NCBI RefSeq assembly: GCF_000400465.1
Contig: NW_008806292.1
Span: 1 to 32,000 of the forward strand
Reading direction: 5' to 3'
Source: Wallemia ichthyophaga EXF-994
Lineage: Eukaryota; Fungi; Basidiomycota
DNA length: 32,000 nucleotides
Shown: one piece after another, positions 1 to 11,328 of the stretch
Layout: the number at the start of each line of letters is the position of its first letter
How positions within the stretch are numbered: the stretch's first letter is position 1
Made by a program: the position numbers and the translations under genes
The notes under the pieces: model-generated
The model's database searches: none
Seen by the model: only the letters and a program-made list of their open reading frames with translations
Told to the model about the DNA's origin: nothing

Positions 1-135
1 ATGGTGTCCTCTGTGCCACACACAGTCATATAGGTAAATCAATAAGTCGGAAACGGCAGCGATAGGATTTAGTCGTAGGGAAAATATTCGGTGAGAATTT
101 TTTTATCACTATTTACTAGTTTTTAAAGCAAGCAG

Positions 136-145
136 TATATATAAA
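136..145 (+). promoter_or_regulatory. TATA element upstream of the tRNA gene
   Basis: TATATATAAA lies 23-32 nt upstream of the mature tRNA 5' end, the usual position for TBP-assisted Pol III promoters. Confidence 0.55.
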
Positions 146-167
146 GACAATCAATTCCGAAATTTAA

Positions 168-249
168 GGAGCAGTAGCTTAGTTGGTTAAAGCGTAAGAT
201 TGCAATATCAGTCATCTTAAGACCACCGGTTCAAATCCGGTTTGCTCCT
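168..249 (+). tRNA. tRNA-Cys(GCA) with an 8-nt intron (206-213)
   Basis: Cloverleaf folded by hand: acceptor GGAGCAG/TTGCTCC, D stem GCTT/AAGC, anticodon stem TAAGA/TCTTA, anticodon GCA at 202-204, T arm ACCGG-TTCAAAT-CCGGT, discriminator T. Extra TATCAGTC sits at the canonical 37/38 site. A T5 terminator follows at 263-267. Confidence 0.92.
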
Positions 250-662
250 TCTATTGTTATAATTTTTCGCAATTTTTTGTTTAAAGCTGATTTCATTGCA
301 ATGAGTGAAATAGTGATCTTGTTCTAATGTTGATTGAACTTTTTTAACTCCGCAAAGCGCCAATTCTCGCCAATTGCGGCTATGTGTGGTTCGCGACGGT
401 TGATACCGGAGTGAAGCAGAATGTATATGAAGTGTCATAATGATCAATCTACAGGTCATTGTGTTCAATTTACCTTGTGCAGCGAGTGCCTTTCAATCTG
501 ACCGTTTCAAATTGCTGCCTCGCAAGCGAGAACAGGCAAAGAGGATGGTGTACGCTAATACATAAATTCAAACCCAATCCTATTGCCACATTTGAAATTC
601 TAAATTTTCTGACTCTTATTGGCGATGATTGCACTCGCTCTTAACTCTCATCATATTCGCCA

Positions 663-2368
663 ATGCTTAGATCAGCCACACGCGTGGGTAACAGCTGGAT
701 TTGCAAGGTGAATCTCACAATCCGGTAGACACAATTTTCTAGGATTCTTCCTCGTGCCACCCCGCAACCTCTCGTCTGGGGCGGCAAGAGCGTTTTGCGC
801 TCATACGCAACAGGCGCTGATCCATACGATGTAGTTATTATCGGTGGTGGTGAGTAAATTGATTATTTTATGTAGACTCATTCGCTCACGCTTTGCGCAG
901 GCCCGGGTGGCTACGTCGCTGCGATCAGAGCAGGCCAAGAGGGTCTCCGTACCGCTTGCATTGAAAGTCGCGGAAGTCTCGGTGGTACTTGTTTAAATGT
1001 TGGATGTATCCCTTCAAAGGCTCTGCTTAACAACTCGCACCACTACGAGGCAGCTCACCACGACATGAAGCACCGTGGTGTTGACATTGGAAACGTATCA
1101 CTCAACCTCGACACAATGATGAAGGCAAAGGTGGGTTATAGCATGATGTAATTGCTTTACTTAACGCCGTCACAGGACACCTCCGTCACTGGCCTCACCA
1201 AGGGTGTCGAAGGTCTTCTCAAGAAGAACAAGGTCGATTACATTAAGGGTACCGGTAGCTTCAACTCTCCAAACAAGATCGATGTTAACCTCCTTGACGG
1301 TGGCGAGACTCAAGTCGAAGCAAAGAACGTCATTATCGCAACTGGTTCAGAAGTTACGCCATTCCCAGGACAAGGTTTGGAGATTGATGAGAAGCAAGTC
1401 ATCTCATCAACCGGTGCATTGGATCTTCCAAAGGTACCAAAGAAGATGGTTGTCATCGGTGGTGGTATCATTGGTTTGGAATTGGGTTCAGTTTGGAGAA
1501 GATTGGGTGCTGAGGTCACTGTTGTCGAATTCATGGGCTCAGTCGGTGCCGGTATGGATGGTGAAATTGCAAAGAACTTCCAAAAGATACTCGCAAAGCA
1601 AGGTGTTGAATTCAAGGTCAATACCAAGGTTGTCTCTGCTGAGAAACACGCCGACGGCGTCAAGTTGAACGTTGAGGGTGTCAAGGATGGCAAGAGTGAG
1701 GCCATCGACGCTGAAGTTGTTCTCTGCTCGATTGGTCGTAGACCAGTCACTCGTAACCTCGGTTTGGACAAGATTGGAATCGAGCTCGACAACAAAGGCA
1801 GAATTCCAGTCGACGGACAATACAACACATCAGTACCAGGTGTCAAGTGTATCGGAGATGTTACATTCGGACCTATGCTTGCTCACAAGGCTGAGGAAGA
1901 GGGAATTGCAGCAGTTGAGATAATCAAGCACGGTCACGGTCACGTCAACTACGATGTCATCCCATCAGTTATTTACACTTACCCAGAAGTCGCCTGGGTT
2001 GGTCGTAACGAAGAGCAATTGAAGGAGGCTGGCGTCAATTACAAGGTTGGAAAGTTCCCATTCTTGGCCAACTCACGTGCCAAGACCAACATGGACACTG
2101 AAGGTACTGTCAAGTTCATCATCGAAGCTGATACCTATGAAATACTTGGTGTGCACATCATTGGACCAAACGCAGGTGAAATGATTGCATCAGCAGCTCT
2201 TGCTATGGAGTACAAGGCATCGGCTGAAGATGTTGCTCGTACTTGTCACGCTCACCCAACACTCTCTGAGGCATTCAAGGAGGCTGCACTTGCGTCATAC
2301 TCTAAACCAATTCAGTGGGTGTCTTTATTTTTGTGGTGGTGTATCACTGACATACTTTTAGCTTCTAA
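663..2368 (+). CDS. LPD1: Mitochondrial dihydrolipoamide dehydrogenase (E3)
   Basis: Spliced model with introns 684-728, 850-900, 1131-1175 and 2315-2361. Presequence-like N-terminus MLRSATRTQFSR; FAD motif [16 protein letters not shown]; redox-active [13 protein letters not shown]; NAD motif [10 protein letters not shown]; C-terminus [10 protein letters not shown]...KPIHF. Confidence 0.97.
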
Positions 2369-2513
2369 ACAAATTGAAAATTCTGTACAAAACGATAATA
2401 TAGATAATACTATGAGTTTGTGAGGGAGAGGTGTGACGTGGGGTGAATAAGTGTGAGCAAGTGTAATAGAGTTGGTTTTCTAATATTACAAGTTGTGATG
2501 CATGTATGCTAGA

Positions 2514-3260
2514 TTACTGGCCTGCCTCGCCGTACTTTTCATGCAATATGCCTGTCCAATAACCAGCAGCATACCATGCTTGAGATAACTGATGTAGTAT
2601 GTAATCCTTTCCAGGATCACCTGTGTTGACGGTATTGTTGACTTGTGAAGGTGCTGCCGTGTTTGTTAAGTTCATCCTGCTTGTTTTGCTTGGTCTCTCT
2701 GCTTCCACACCAATATCTGCGCTTGCTTCTGATTCCTCCATTTCCTCGCTGCTGTCCCTCTTACGCTTGCTTTGCTTGTTTGTTGTTGCGGCAACCTTTT
2801 CGGCAGACTGTTTGGCAGCAATTTTGCCTAAATCGGTACTGCTATCATACCAGATCATTGAGGGCGTCTCCAATTGGTGATTAGGGTCAGTCTTCCACGA
2901 CTGGTCTCCATGAAGCAGTCTGTACTCCTCATTAGCGGCATCCCAAGCTTCGAGGAGCATTGAATCATCCCAGACGCTGAGATCGCCGTCAATGAAAGCA
3001 GCTTCAGCAAACTCCTCGCTGTCCTCCTCGTCATCGTGCCCGTCAGCAGCAACGCCAGCGTCGATCTCGTCGAAGTACTGACTCATTTGATCGATCTTCT
3101 TCTTGTCATTTCGCTGCTTCTTTGACTTTCTCTTTTGCTTATGAGAAGGTTTACTGTCTCTCAATTCAGCCACGAAATTGGGATCAGGAAGCGCAGTTTC
3201 TGGGATTTCTTCCGGCGCAACATCTGAATAGCTAATAGGCTGCCTGCTTGAATCTGACAT
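2514..3260 (-). CDS. SMN1: Survival-motor-neuron (SMN) homologue, fungal Tudor-less type
   Basis: Intronless 248-aa ORF with a Gemin2-binding-like motif (VWDDSMLLEAWDAA) and a C-terminal YG box (AWYAAGYWTG), joined by a low-complexity linker. Confidence 0.8.
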   Translation of the reverse strand: MSDSSRQPISYSDVAPEEIPETALPDPNFVAELRDSKPSHKQKRKSKKQRNDKKKIDQMSQYFDEIDAGVAADGHDDEEDSEEFAEAAFIDGDLSVWDDSMLLEAWDAANEEYRLLHGDQSWKTDPNHQLETPSMIWYDSSTDLGKIAAKQSAEKVAATTNKQSKRKRDSSEEMEESEASADIGVEAERPSKTSRMNLTNTAAPSQVNNTVNTGDPGKDYILHQLSQAWYAAGYWTGILHEKYGEAGQ

Positions 3261-3389
3261 TTTTTATATTCAAGTTGAATTGAGTATGTTTGATGGTTTG
3301 GAGAGTGTCGTTGACCCATTCGATCATAACCTTTTAAATTATAAAGTGAGCTGCTGGAATATCAAGCAAACCAATCTAACGCTATTTAG

Positions 3390-4172
3390 ATGTCAGAACT
3401 TTGTCCAGCTTACGCGCCATTCTTTGGTGCCATGGTGGGTGCCGTCAGCCACGCTCACCTCAACATAGCTCACAATCACTCCAGGGATGCACAGCAGCCA
3501 TCGTATTTACATCACTCGGCGCTGCATACGGTACTGCTAAGTCCGGTGTCGGTATTTCTGCAATGGGTGTTCTCAGACCAGATGTGGGTTGCTGTTGTCC
3601 GTCTTTAGCGCGCTGGTCTGACAAAGCACTCAGCTCATGATGAGAAATGTTATTCCAGTTGTCATGGCTGGTATTATTGCTATTTACGGTTTGGTTGTGT
3701 CTGTTCTGATCAGTGGTGACTGTAGGTGCTCCTACTCCAGCCCAACTGCGTCTTTCCTAACACGCCGTCAATAGTAAAGGCTCCAATGCCTTTATACACT
3801 GGCTTCATTCAGCTGGGCGCGGGTTTGTCCGTCGGTTTGGCTGGTCTGGCCGCCGGTTTTGCTATTGGTATCGTCGGTGACGCTGGTGTCAGAGGTACTG
3901 CCCAGCAGCCTAGATTATTCGTTGGAATGGTGCGTTAGAATGGGTTATTAAGATTATATCTCAAACCTCCTCAAACAGGTTCTTATCCTCATTTTTGCTG
4001 AAGTTTTGGGTCTTTATGGAGTGCGTATAGGCTTTTTTGAAGGTACCCATCTAACCCAGCTACAGCTTATTGTTGCGCTTATCCTTAACACTCGCGCATC
4101 AGACACCCCTGGTGTAGGTTTATGCGAATTTGATAGCTTTTACTGACGTTATCGCAGTGTGACGTGCAATAA
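3390..4172 (+). CDS. VMA3: V-type ATPase 16-kDa proteolipid subunit c
   Basis: Multi-exon: [96 protein letters not shown]. Last exon and stop are less certain. A probable 5'-UTR intron (3346-3389) ends immediately before the ATG. Confidence 0.95.
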
Positions 4173-4376
4173 GCGAAACGCTATATCATCAAAACAGGCT
4201 CCTTCCACACATAACACATCTAAAAAGATTTCCCTTTCTCTTTTCTCCCCTTTGTTATTTACAAAATTTAATGTCCTCTAACATAACCACTTTCTATAAT
4301 AAGATACAAATGCATTAAATAAAAGTGTAAACAAATCCTACCACTTACGCATGCCTCACTTAGGCTTCATCTAAAC

Positions 4377-6901
4377 CTACTCAAGGTCAAACTGCTCAAT
4401 TGCATACGAACCAACACCAAGACTTCTCTTCTCTTCCTTGGCAGCTTTGACCGACATTTGTGGTTCTAATTTGTCCTTTGTAGCCGTAGCTTTGGCTGCG
4501 AACGTCTCGAGCAATCTGCGCAAATCAGCGTGTGCCTGTTCACGCTCGGTGAGTTCCTTGAGTGTGTTGTTTAGCTTCTCGACTTGGTAGTACGACACCT
4601 CGTAGTGCAATAAAATAGGGAAAAAGGCATCGAGCAAAACCTGAGCCATTCTTGTGAGATTTTCTAAAGTCAATTGATACTTCTTTGGTGCTCTGATTCC
4701 CTTCACTCTCTCCCGAATAGCATCCTTTTGTGCTTTGTTAGATATGTTGCTGATATCTGTTTGTGGGTGTGTAAACTCCTTGTGTAGCCAGAATTCCACT
4801 TTTTTAAACAGTCTATTTATATCATCTCCATCTGCAAATTGCTCGTAGAAGCTTCTTCTCATTAAACCAGGCGTGTAATCGGACATTATGACTGCCTTCA
4901 ACACACCGTCAACTTGAGCGAAACCTTCAAATCCTTTTGATTTACTAGATTGGTCAGTCTTACTATCTCCATCTACTTCCATCTTGTCTGTATCTTCCTT
5001 AGTTTTGCGCTGCTCCTCCTGCTGAGTTCTGTGAAGTGCGATTTCTGATTTGAGGATGCTGACGAGTGACGCCTCTGGAATATCACCGACCTGAGTAATG
5101 GCTGGGATGAGGCTTTTTGCGTCTTTGCACTTCCACAGAGCTTGTAGTATACCTCCCCAGTAGATAGCGTAGTCATTCGAGATGACATGCAACCAAATTA
5201 GTCTTGATACTACTGTGCGGCTATAGTGGCTAGGTTGAAACTCAAACACCTTTTCGTGCTTATTCGAGTGGCTAACTTTCTCTTTGAGGGCGTTCTTAAA
5301 GATGAGCTCAATGAGCGACTTGACAAACCATCTTGGTAAGACTGGCTCAGTGGAGATGTTCTTCATCGACTCCTCCTTTATAGTCTTCTGATCTACATCC
5401 TTCCCGAAGCTTTCAAGCGCGGCGTCGGCGAGATCCGCTCTGAAGAGCTCGTTGGCGATGTTCCTCAGTCTCAAGTTCTCTGTTTTAAAGTACTCATTGA
5501 GTACGGCAGTTGCTTCTTCAGAATCAGTTTGTGGATCGGTGATGATCTTCTCGATTAAAGAGAGTGTTTCCTGAAGCTTCGACTGGTCTGGATCGAGCGG
5601 TGATGCTGATTTCTGCTGTACACCTTTGGAGGGTTTGCTGAGGTATTTCTGCGTGACTTGCTCGCGACCAAGAGCTGCGAGGATGGTGGATTGTGAAGGT
5701 ACAGAGAAAGGCACGACCATCACTACCGCTTGCGAGCGTTTCGATGACTTTGATGAGATGGCAAGCATGGCGGATGTTACTGAGATATCAGACAACTCCA
5801 ATTCCACCTCACTGCTACCGACTGATTGGGGGATTGCAAACTCATACTCCGACAACATGATCTTGAGCGTGGTGTCCCATACAGTAAGGACAATCTGATT
5901 CTCCTTTCTAGCCACCAGAAGAGCGAGAGAATTCTTTAGTCCCAACACTGCCAAATCCTTGTACGTGTCCTTGATTGAAATGCTGCTAAGGTGCTTATAA
6001 ATTAATTGATTCTTGTTAATTGATTGTATTTCTATGCTGTTGAATTTGTTGGTTCTGTCTACGATGTGGAGCTGTCCAGTGGATGATGCACTGATCGACC
6101 TTATCGTCTCCTCGAATGGCACAATTGCATTGCCGAGCAACTCGAGTGCTCTTGCAGCATTGTTGAGTACCTGATACGCATTAATCGTGATTGACTTGTC
6201 CTTGTTGCCCTGCGATACTGTCAGCACGACGTATCTTGCAACCTCTGCCTTTGGGAGAAAGGGAACGTTGTCAGCGGCGAAAACGAATTCACCGAGCTGG
6301 CACTGATGGCTGTCGCTCTTCACCTGCTCGATCCTTGTAAAGTCTGAGTGGGTGTAGAGGTATGATCCATCGGGATAGCCGATCAACATGGTTGGCGGGC
6401 TGACAGGGATTGGGTGCAAAGTGGCAGCAGCACCGTCGATCTAGAGTGCTGTCAGTGGAGTCCCCCGCGACACTCCCACGCACCTCAAAGTCTTCCTGCT
6501 GCGACTGGCCACCCAAATGGGCAGCCTGGGAGGCACTCAAAGTCTCTCTCCACGAAAGCACCTTCTGCTTCTTCGTTGAGCCGCCCGAGAGCGCAACAGT
6601 CCTCCTCGTAATATTGCCATCCTTGAGCTCCTCGACGAACGTCGTCGCTGCTGAAGCAAAAGCCGTGGAAGGGCCCGTGGAAAATGATTGAAGGGTGTTC
6701 TGTGATGCTATCTGTAGCCCGTGTCAGCTCGCGTTTATTCATGCCGCGCTCACTCACATCGAGCAAGTGTATTCCATCGGCTTGGACGGTCAGCGTCGCC
6801 AAATCGGTGGCATGCCAAGACGACGACTTTCCCTTTACGTTGAATGGCCTGTTCGCCTGCTTCACCGTGTAATTAGACAGCTGGAATGGCTCATCAATCA
6901 T
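4377..6901 (-). CDS. Probable Utp8/NOL11-like nucleolar protein (beta-rich N-terminus, helical C-terminus)
   Basis: Two GT-AG introns with CTGAC branch sites join the ORFs at 6485-6901 and 6289-6561 in frame to the 680-aa ORF. TVQADGIHLLD...STGPSTAF resembles basidiomycete Utp8-like proteins as I recall them. The gene is well supported; the family call is moderate. Confidence 0.6.
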
Positions 6902-7480
6902 ATTTTAGATGATAGTCGCGGAGAGAGAAGACGGTCCCGGGAGTCGTGATGATCAGCTGCTCGATATACTCCCAGGCAGCGTATTTCTTTTACACTTTAA
7001 TTCATTTGTTTACAGAGTGGCCAACTTATCCAGCTTTCCGAGATTCGAAACAGGAATCGAGACGCTCGACCATGGCTCAAGCGCAGACACTAGCACTGTC
7101 ATACTCGAGCCTGAGAATTACTTCAAGTTTGATTAGAATTACTCAGCTTTATCATTCAGTTCAGCATTGTCAACACGACTAGGATTCGTTAGATAGATGA
7201 TGTTTTCTAGCGAGGTTTGGCAAAGAGCCTTGGACTTTAAGCGGCTTGAACTCGGCTTTTCAGCGCGTTCTACTTGCCGCTTGTCTCAGCGCTGACTCCT
7301 TGCCTTGGCTCATCAGGCTATATCAAATAAAGCAGCTATCAAACAACACAGGCAGAAATCTACGATTTATATACAGCGCATGCTTATTTCCAGCTCGACC
7401 TCCCCAAATCCACTGTTTTACAAATTTGTAGCGATCAGGTCCCCACGAAATGCGTGCCTTCTTCTCCTAAAAAGTCAAAA

Positions 7481-8828
7481 ATGACTACAGCCGGAACACT
7501 CTATAGCCAACCAAATAACTTCAGAGCATTCAGATGCCTCTCTGTCGCTGAATACAACGGCTTGAAGCTTGACACACCAGAGTTCGCGTTAGGCACCTCC
7601 AACAAGACGCCAGAATTCCTTTCCAAGTTCCCATTCGGCAAGGCTCCAGCTTTTGAGTCCGCCGACAAGAAGTTCCACTTGTCCCAAACTGCCGCTATCT
7701 CCTGGTAAGATTGTGTGTTGACATGGAGGAATTACACTCACCGGGACAGGTACCTCGCTTCTCTGAACGACTCAACGGGCCTTCTTGGCAAATCTCCACA
7801 AGATGCTGGTCTCATCCAGCAGTGGATCGCTTTCGGTGATACCGACCTCTTTATCCCTGTCTCACAACCAGCCTACATGGTATTTGGACTGACTCCCGTC
7901 AATCACGCACAGTATCAAGCTGCCTTGCCTCAGATTGAAAGAGCTTTTGCTGTCCTTGAGTCTGTTATCAAGACCCGCACCTTCCTCGTCGGCGAGCGCA
8001 TCACCTTGGCCGATATCTCTGTCGCTTCTATCCTTCGTGTGGCATTCACATACGTCGTCGACAGCGCAATGAGAGCCAAGTTCCCTCACACCGTTAGATT
8101 CTACAAGTCTGTCGCTCACAACCACGTCTGCAGCAAATTCTTTGGCGACATCAACTACCTCGACACTTTCAAACTCACCGCACCAAAGAAGGAGAAGAAG
8201 GAGCAGCCAAAGGAGAAGAAGGAAGAGAAGCCAAAGGAAGAAGCTGCACCAGCCCCAGCTCCAGCTGAGAAGCCAAAGAACCCTCTCGACCTTCTCCCCA
8301 AATCCTCATTCAACCTTGAAGCGTGGAAGCGTGCCTACATGAACCTCGACACGCGTGGCACAGACCCTGCCAAGCACTCGTTGGCTTACTTCTACGCTAA
8401 CTTTGTTCCAGAAGATTACACGGTCGTCAAGTTCACATTCAAGTGGAATGAAGAACTCAAAGCCACCTTTATGAGCAACAACCAAATTGGTGGTTTCTTC
8501 ACGAGACTTGAGGCGTCTCGCAAGTACATGATGGGTGTAGGTCTCGTCCAGAATGACACCAAGGCCGGCGGTGTCGAGGGTGCGTCAGAGATTGACGGTG
8601 TCTTCATCTGCCGTGGTGAAGATTATCTGAGCCTCATTAAGGCTGCTCCTGACTGGGAATCATACGCGTACAGCCCTCTTGACTTGAACAATGTGAGTAT
8701 TTTCCGTCTTCACATGCGTGTCAACTAACATATAAAAGGCGGACGATAAGGCATTCTTCGAGGGTGTCATGGCATGGGATCTCGTCAGCAATGGCAAGGA
8801 GTGTGTAGATGGCAAAATCTTGAAATAA
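7481..8828 (+). CDS. TEF4: Translation elongation factor 1B-gamma (GST-N, GST-C, K/E linker, EF1G domain)
   Basis: Introns 7705-7749 and 8693-8738. NKTPEFLSKFPFGKAPAFE, TFLVGERITLADI, linker KKEKKEQPKEKKEE, EF1G motifs FNLEAWKRAYMN and FMSNNQIGGFFTRLE, C-terminus DGKILK. Confidence 0.96.
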
Positions 8829-9190
8829 ACTGCGAAATGGAAGATTTACACCATGGGTGTGAGACATGTACCGCCTCATACATTTCTACTCTGGCTATTA
8901 AAAATCTACGTTGTATTGGTGTTGGAGGGAAATAACACGCGCTAGGAAGAATATCTAGCTTGTGTAGTGCTGACCTGGCTAGATCGTGCACCACCTGTGT
9001 CTTGTGCGTTGTTTCGTATTGCGTTGTTTCGTATGAATATCTCATGTGTTTTACTACATGAAATGGAGAATGATGATGGGGATGCACACGTCTTCTCCTA
9101 ATCCTATCGCTGTCACTCCTTCATCGCATCTCTTTCCATGCACGACTCGCTGCACTGTTCGAGCCGCGAGAGGTGGAAGGCTCACAGATG
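8601..9190 (+). repeat. Left arm of a 590-bp inverted repeat (EF1B-gamma 3' CDS, last intron, last exon and downstream DNA)
   Basis: Compared line by line with the reverse complement of 15031-15620: collinear, no indels, mismatches only at 8668, 9166, 9175 and 9181. Confidence 0.98.
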
Positions 9191-9529
9191 AAAATATGTA
9201 AAGACGCTGCTTCTGGAGACTCTTTGAAAACAAAGCTTCGTCCGATGTTATACAGTCGCCTTAGGCTCGGTAAACTTAGTTCAACTTGTCTGAATGAGTT
9301 TCAGATCCGTGAAAAAAGTGGATGGTGCGAGCGCAGAAATTTTCAAAGCACCTCAAGACCCCGGGTATACCGATAGAAGAGATCGGTCAGGAACTGCTTC
9401 TCATAATGTGAATTGAAGATTTTTACTCAAAACCCCTTATTCAATCAAATTGTAGTTAGTCGCAGGGCTTCAATATTATTGTACCTAATGCAATGATGGT
9501 CTTTCACATTTCATAAATAAATGAAAATT

Positions 9530-9574
9530 GACAAGACGCTCAACGTATCCCAAGCTGCCGCTATTTCCTGGTAA
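9530..9574 (+). pseudogene. Relic of a third EF1B-gamma/GST copy
   Basis: 38/45 nt identical to 7664-7708. Encodes DKTLNVSQAAAISW followed by the same GTAA intron donor. No intact flanking frame. Confidence 0.75.
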
Positions 9575-10288
9575 AAGTGTTACATTCTCTGGTTATCAAG
9601 ACTCTTTCTTTGTGGATTGAAGCAAGAGGAAAATAAATACATATGATCAGCTGGTACAAGTTGTTTTGTGGTACAAGAGATCTCGTAAACATCAATTGAA
9701 ATAAGCTCTTTTCCATACAACCAAACAGGCAATTTTTAAAACTATAAGTGCGATGTTGATACGCGCATTAAAGTCCTGATCTAATATGCAAAAACTTTAC
9801 GGGATTCAAGTTTTTGGACGTTTTCCTACAATTCTCAAAACACGCAGGGATCTTGCAGCGCTTTAGTGAGCAAGTTTGGTTGGTTTTGTTCCACCCTCAA
9901 CTTGCGCCTCGTTAGTGATTCTGGTTCCATTGGCTTCCACGCCGTAGTATAATGGAAGCAATTCATTGTGACAATCACTACGCATCTTACTTGTTCGTAA
10001 CTCATAGACAATCAGAACCTCGTATCCTTAGCGAAGCATCTCTTATTTGATAAACATACCCTTTGTGATATGTTAGTAAGATAAAATCAGAACTAAATAA
10101 AACCTGTGAATAGTTTATCGCAACTAAGGGCATTTTATTGCCTTATGGCGAGTCCGTTTCTCTATTTGTTCCAGTGTCTTATCTGAGAAAAAGCAACACA
10201 CACTTGATTATCTTTCCGAGGTTGTGCTTGTTATCCAAGTCGTTGTAATGGAGCTTGAACTGGCAAAAATAACATTTTACTCTTTTCG

Positions 10289-10417
10289 AGGAAAACGTCA
10301 GCCAAGGTAGACGGCGGTAAAGTCACAGCTGAGGATATTGAAGCGCAAAGACTGGTCAAAGTCGACGAGGATGATCCGCTTCATCATGTCATCGCGAATG
10401 ACGTGCCGCCGTTTTAA
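10289..10417 (+). pseudogene. Isolated fragment resembling the Slu7 C-terminus
   Basis: Translates to RKTSAKVDGGKVTAEDIEAQRLVKVDEDDPLHHV..., an ungapped match to the Slu7 terminal motif T-EEEMEAYR-x6-DDPM as I recall it. No ATG and no upstream Slu7 exons seen. Confidence 0.4.
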
Positions 10418-10601
10418 GATAGATATTATTTATTATCCAAAGTTGCAAGAGTTATACAAACGTTGATAGTGATATTGAATCTAAACTTCTTTTCAGAAAT
10501 TCTCGAAACGGGTTGTACTGTCTCATTCGACATAGGGCTGAGGTCAATTTTACTGGGTTATTTATGAGGCCCTATTTACTGAATAAGCTTTATCCTGGAA
10601 G

Positions 10602-11328
10602 CTATATAAGATCGGATACGGGACCAAATTTGTTCATTCTCGAGAGGTAACCCAAACGCTTTAAATTAAAATTAAAATTAGATTTAGATTTAAAATCAGC
10701 AGCGTATAAAAACAAACCATCTTCTTTTGTTTCTGCTTCAATTGTTTTAATTCTGGGTTTTGAGTCCAAAAGGATGTTTGTTTGTCGCATTTGTCGCATT
10801 TGGAAATCGTTCAATAATGTAAATGCTCAGGTGGCTGAATGACGTGAAATGAGTGCTATTTGTCCCAGAATTTTTGACTTTGATATGCACAGGCAGAAAT
10901 TTCATGTGGGTTTTATTAGGAATTGGGACTATCAATGTCTTAAGTTTTGGTGATTTGGAAGACAGAAAGGCAATCCTGCGAAAATGCAAGAGCCTTTCAT
11001 TTATGAGCTTCCTGTTAGGTATACTGAAGTCTGAATTCGAAGTCTGAATGAAAGGCGTCAGAGAAGCATTTCCAGCAAAAGTAAAACTCGCTGTAATGTC
11101 GTTAGCTTTCGATTCGTCACTGATTTAAAGCTCCAACTAGTTTCAAAAGCATTCAATTGAGGTTTATTGTATCTCTTGCCAAATATCATTGAACTCGGCC
11201 TAGGTCCAGATATCTTGGTGAGCCGATAAGCGGACCCCAAAAGATAGAGTTTACGAGAGCAAGCGATAAGATAACGCGTATTTGATGATATTATCAAATA
11301 ATTCGACAGGTATAAGTAGAAATGACAT
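10602..11328 (-). pseudogene. Frameshifted F-box/LRR-like gene relic
   Basis: ATG at 11328 gives MSFLLIPVELFDNIIKY (F-box start). The F-box second half (LIACSRKLYL) is in another frame. Downstream LRR-like pieces (FLSSKSPKLKTLIV, ILLDSKPRIKTIE) are split by stops and small tandem duplications. Confidence 0.5.

Noticed and set aside
1-29. Possible start of a minus-strand gene (MTVCGTEDT)
   Set aside because: Only 9 codons lie inside the window, so it cannot be supported.
168-300. Mitochondrial insertion (AT-rich DNA with a tRNA)
   Set aside because: The canonical nuclear-type intron, TATA element and oligo-T terminator indicate a nuclear Pol III gene.
250-660. Short ORFs 217-468 (-) and 459-644 (+); a U1/U6-like glimpse
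   Set aside because: No recognisable motifs. The ORFs overlap the tRNA or promoter DNA, and the snRNA consensus sequences do not match.
6909-7431. Small ORFs and a TGATGA...CTGA C/D snoRNA-like pair
   Set aside because: The boxes are too far apart, no rRNA guide was recognised, and the ORFs lack homology cues.
8785-9087. Identical 100-aa ORFs (MHPHHHSPF...) at 8785-9087 (-) and 15134-15436 (+)
   Set aside because: A by-product of the inverted repeat. They are antisense to the EF1B-gamma last exon and 3' region and show no protein-like motif.
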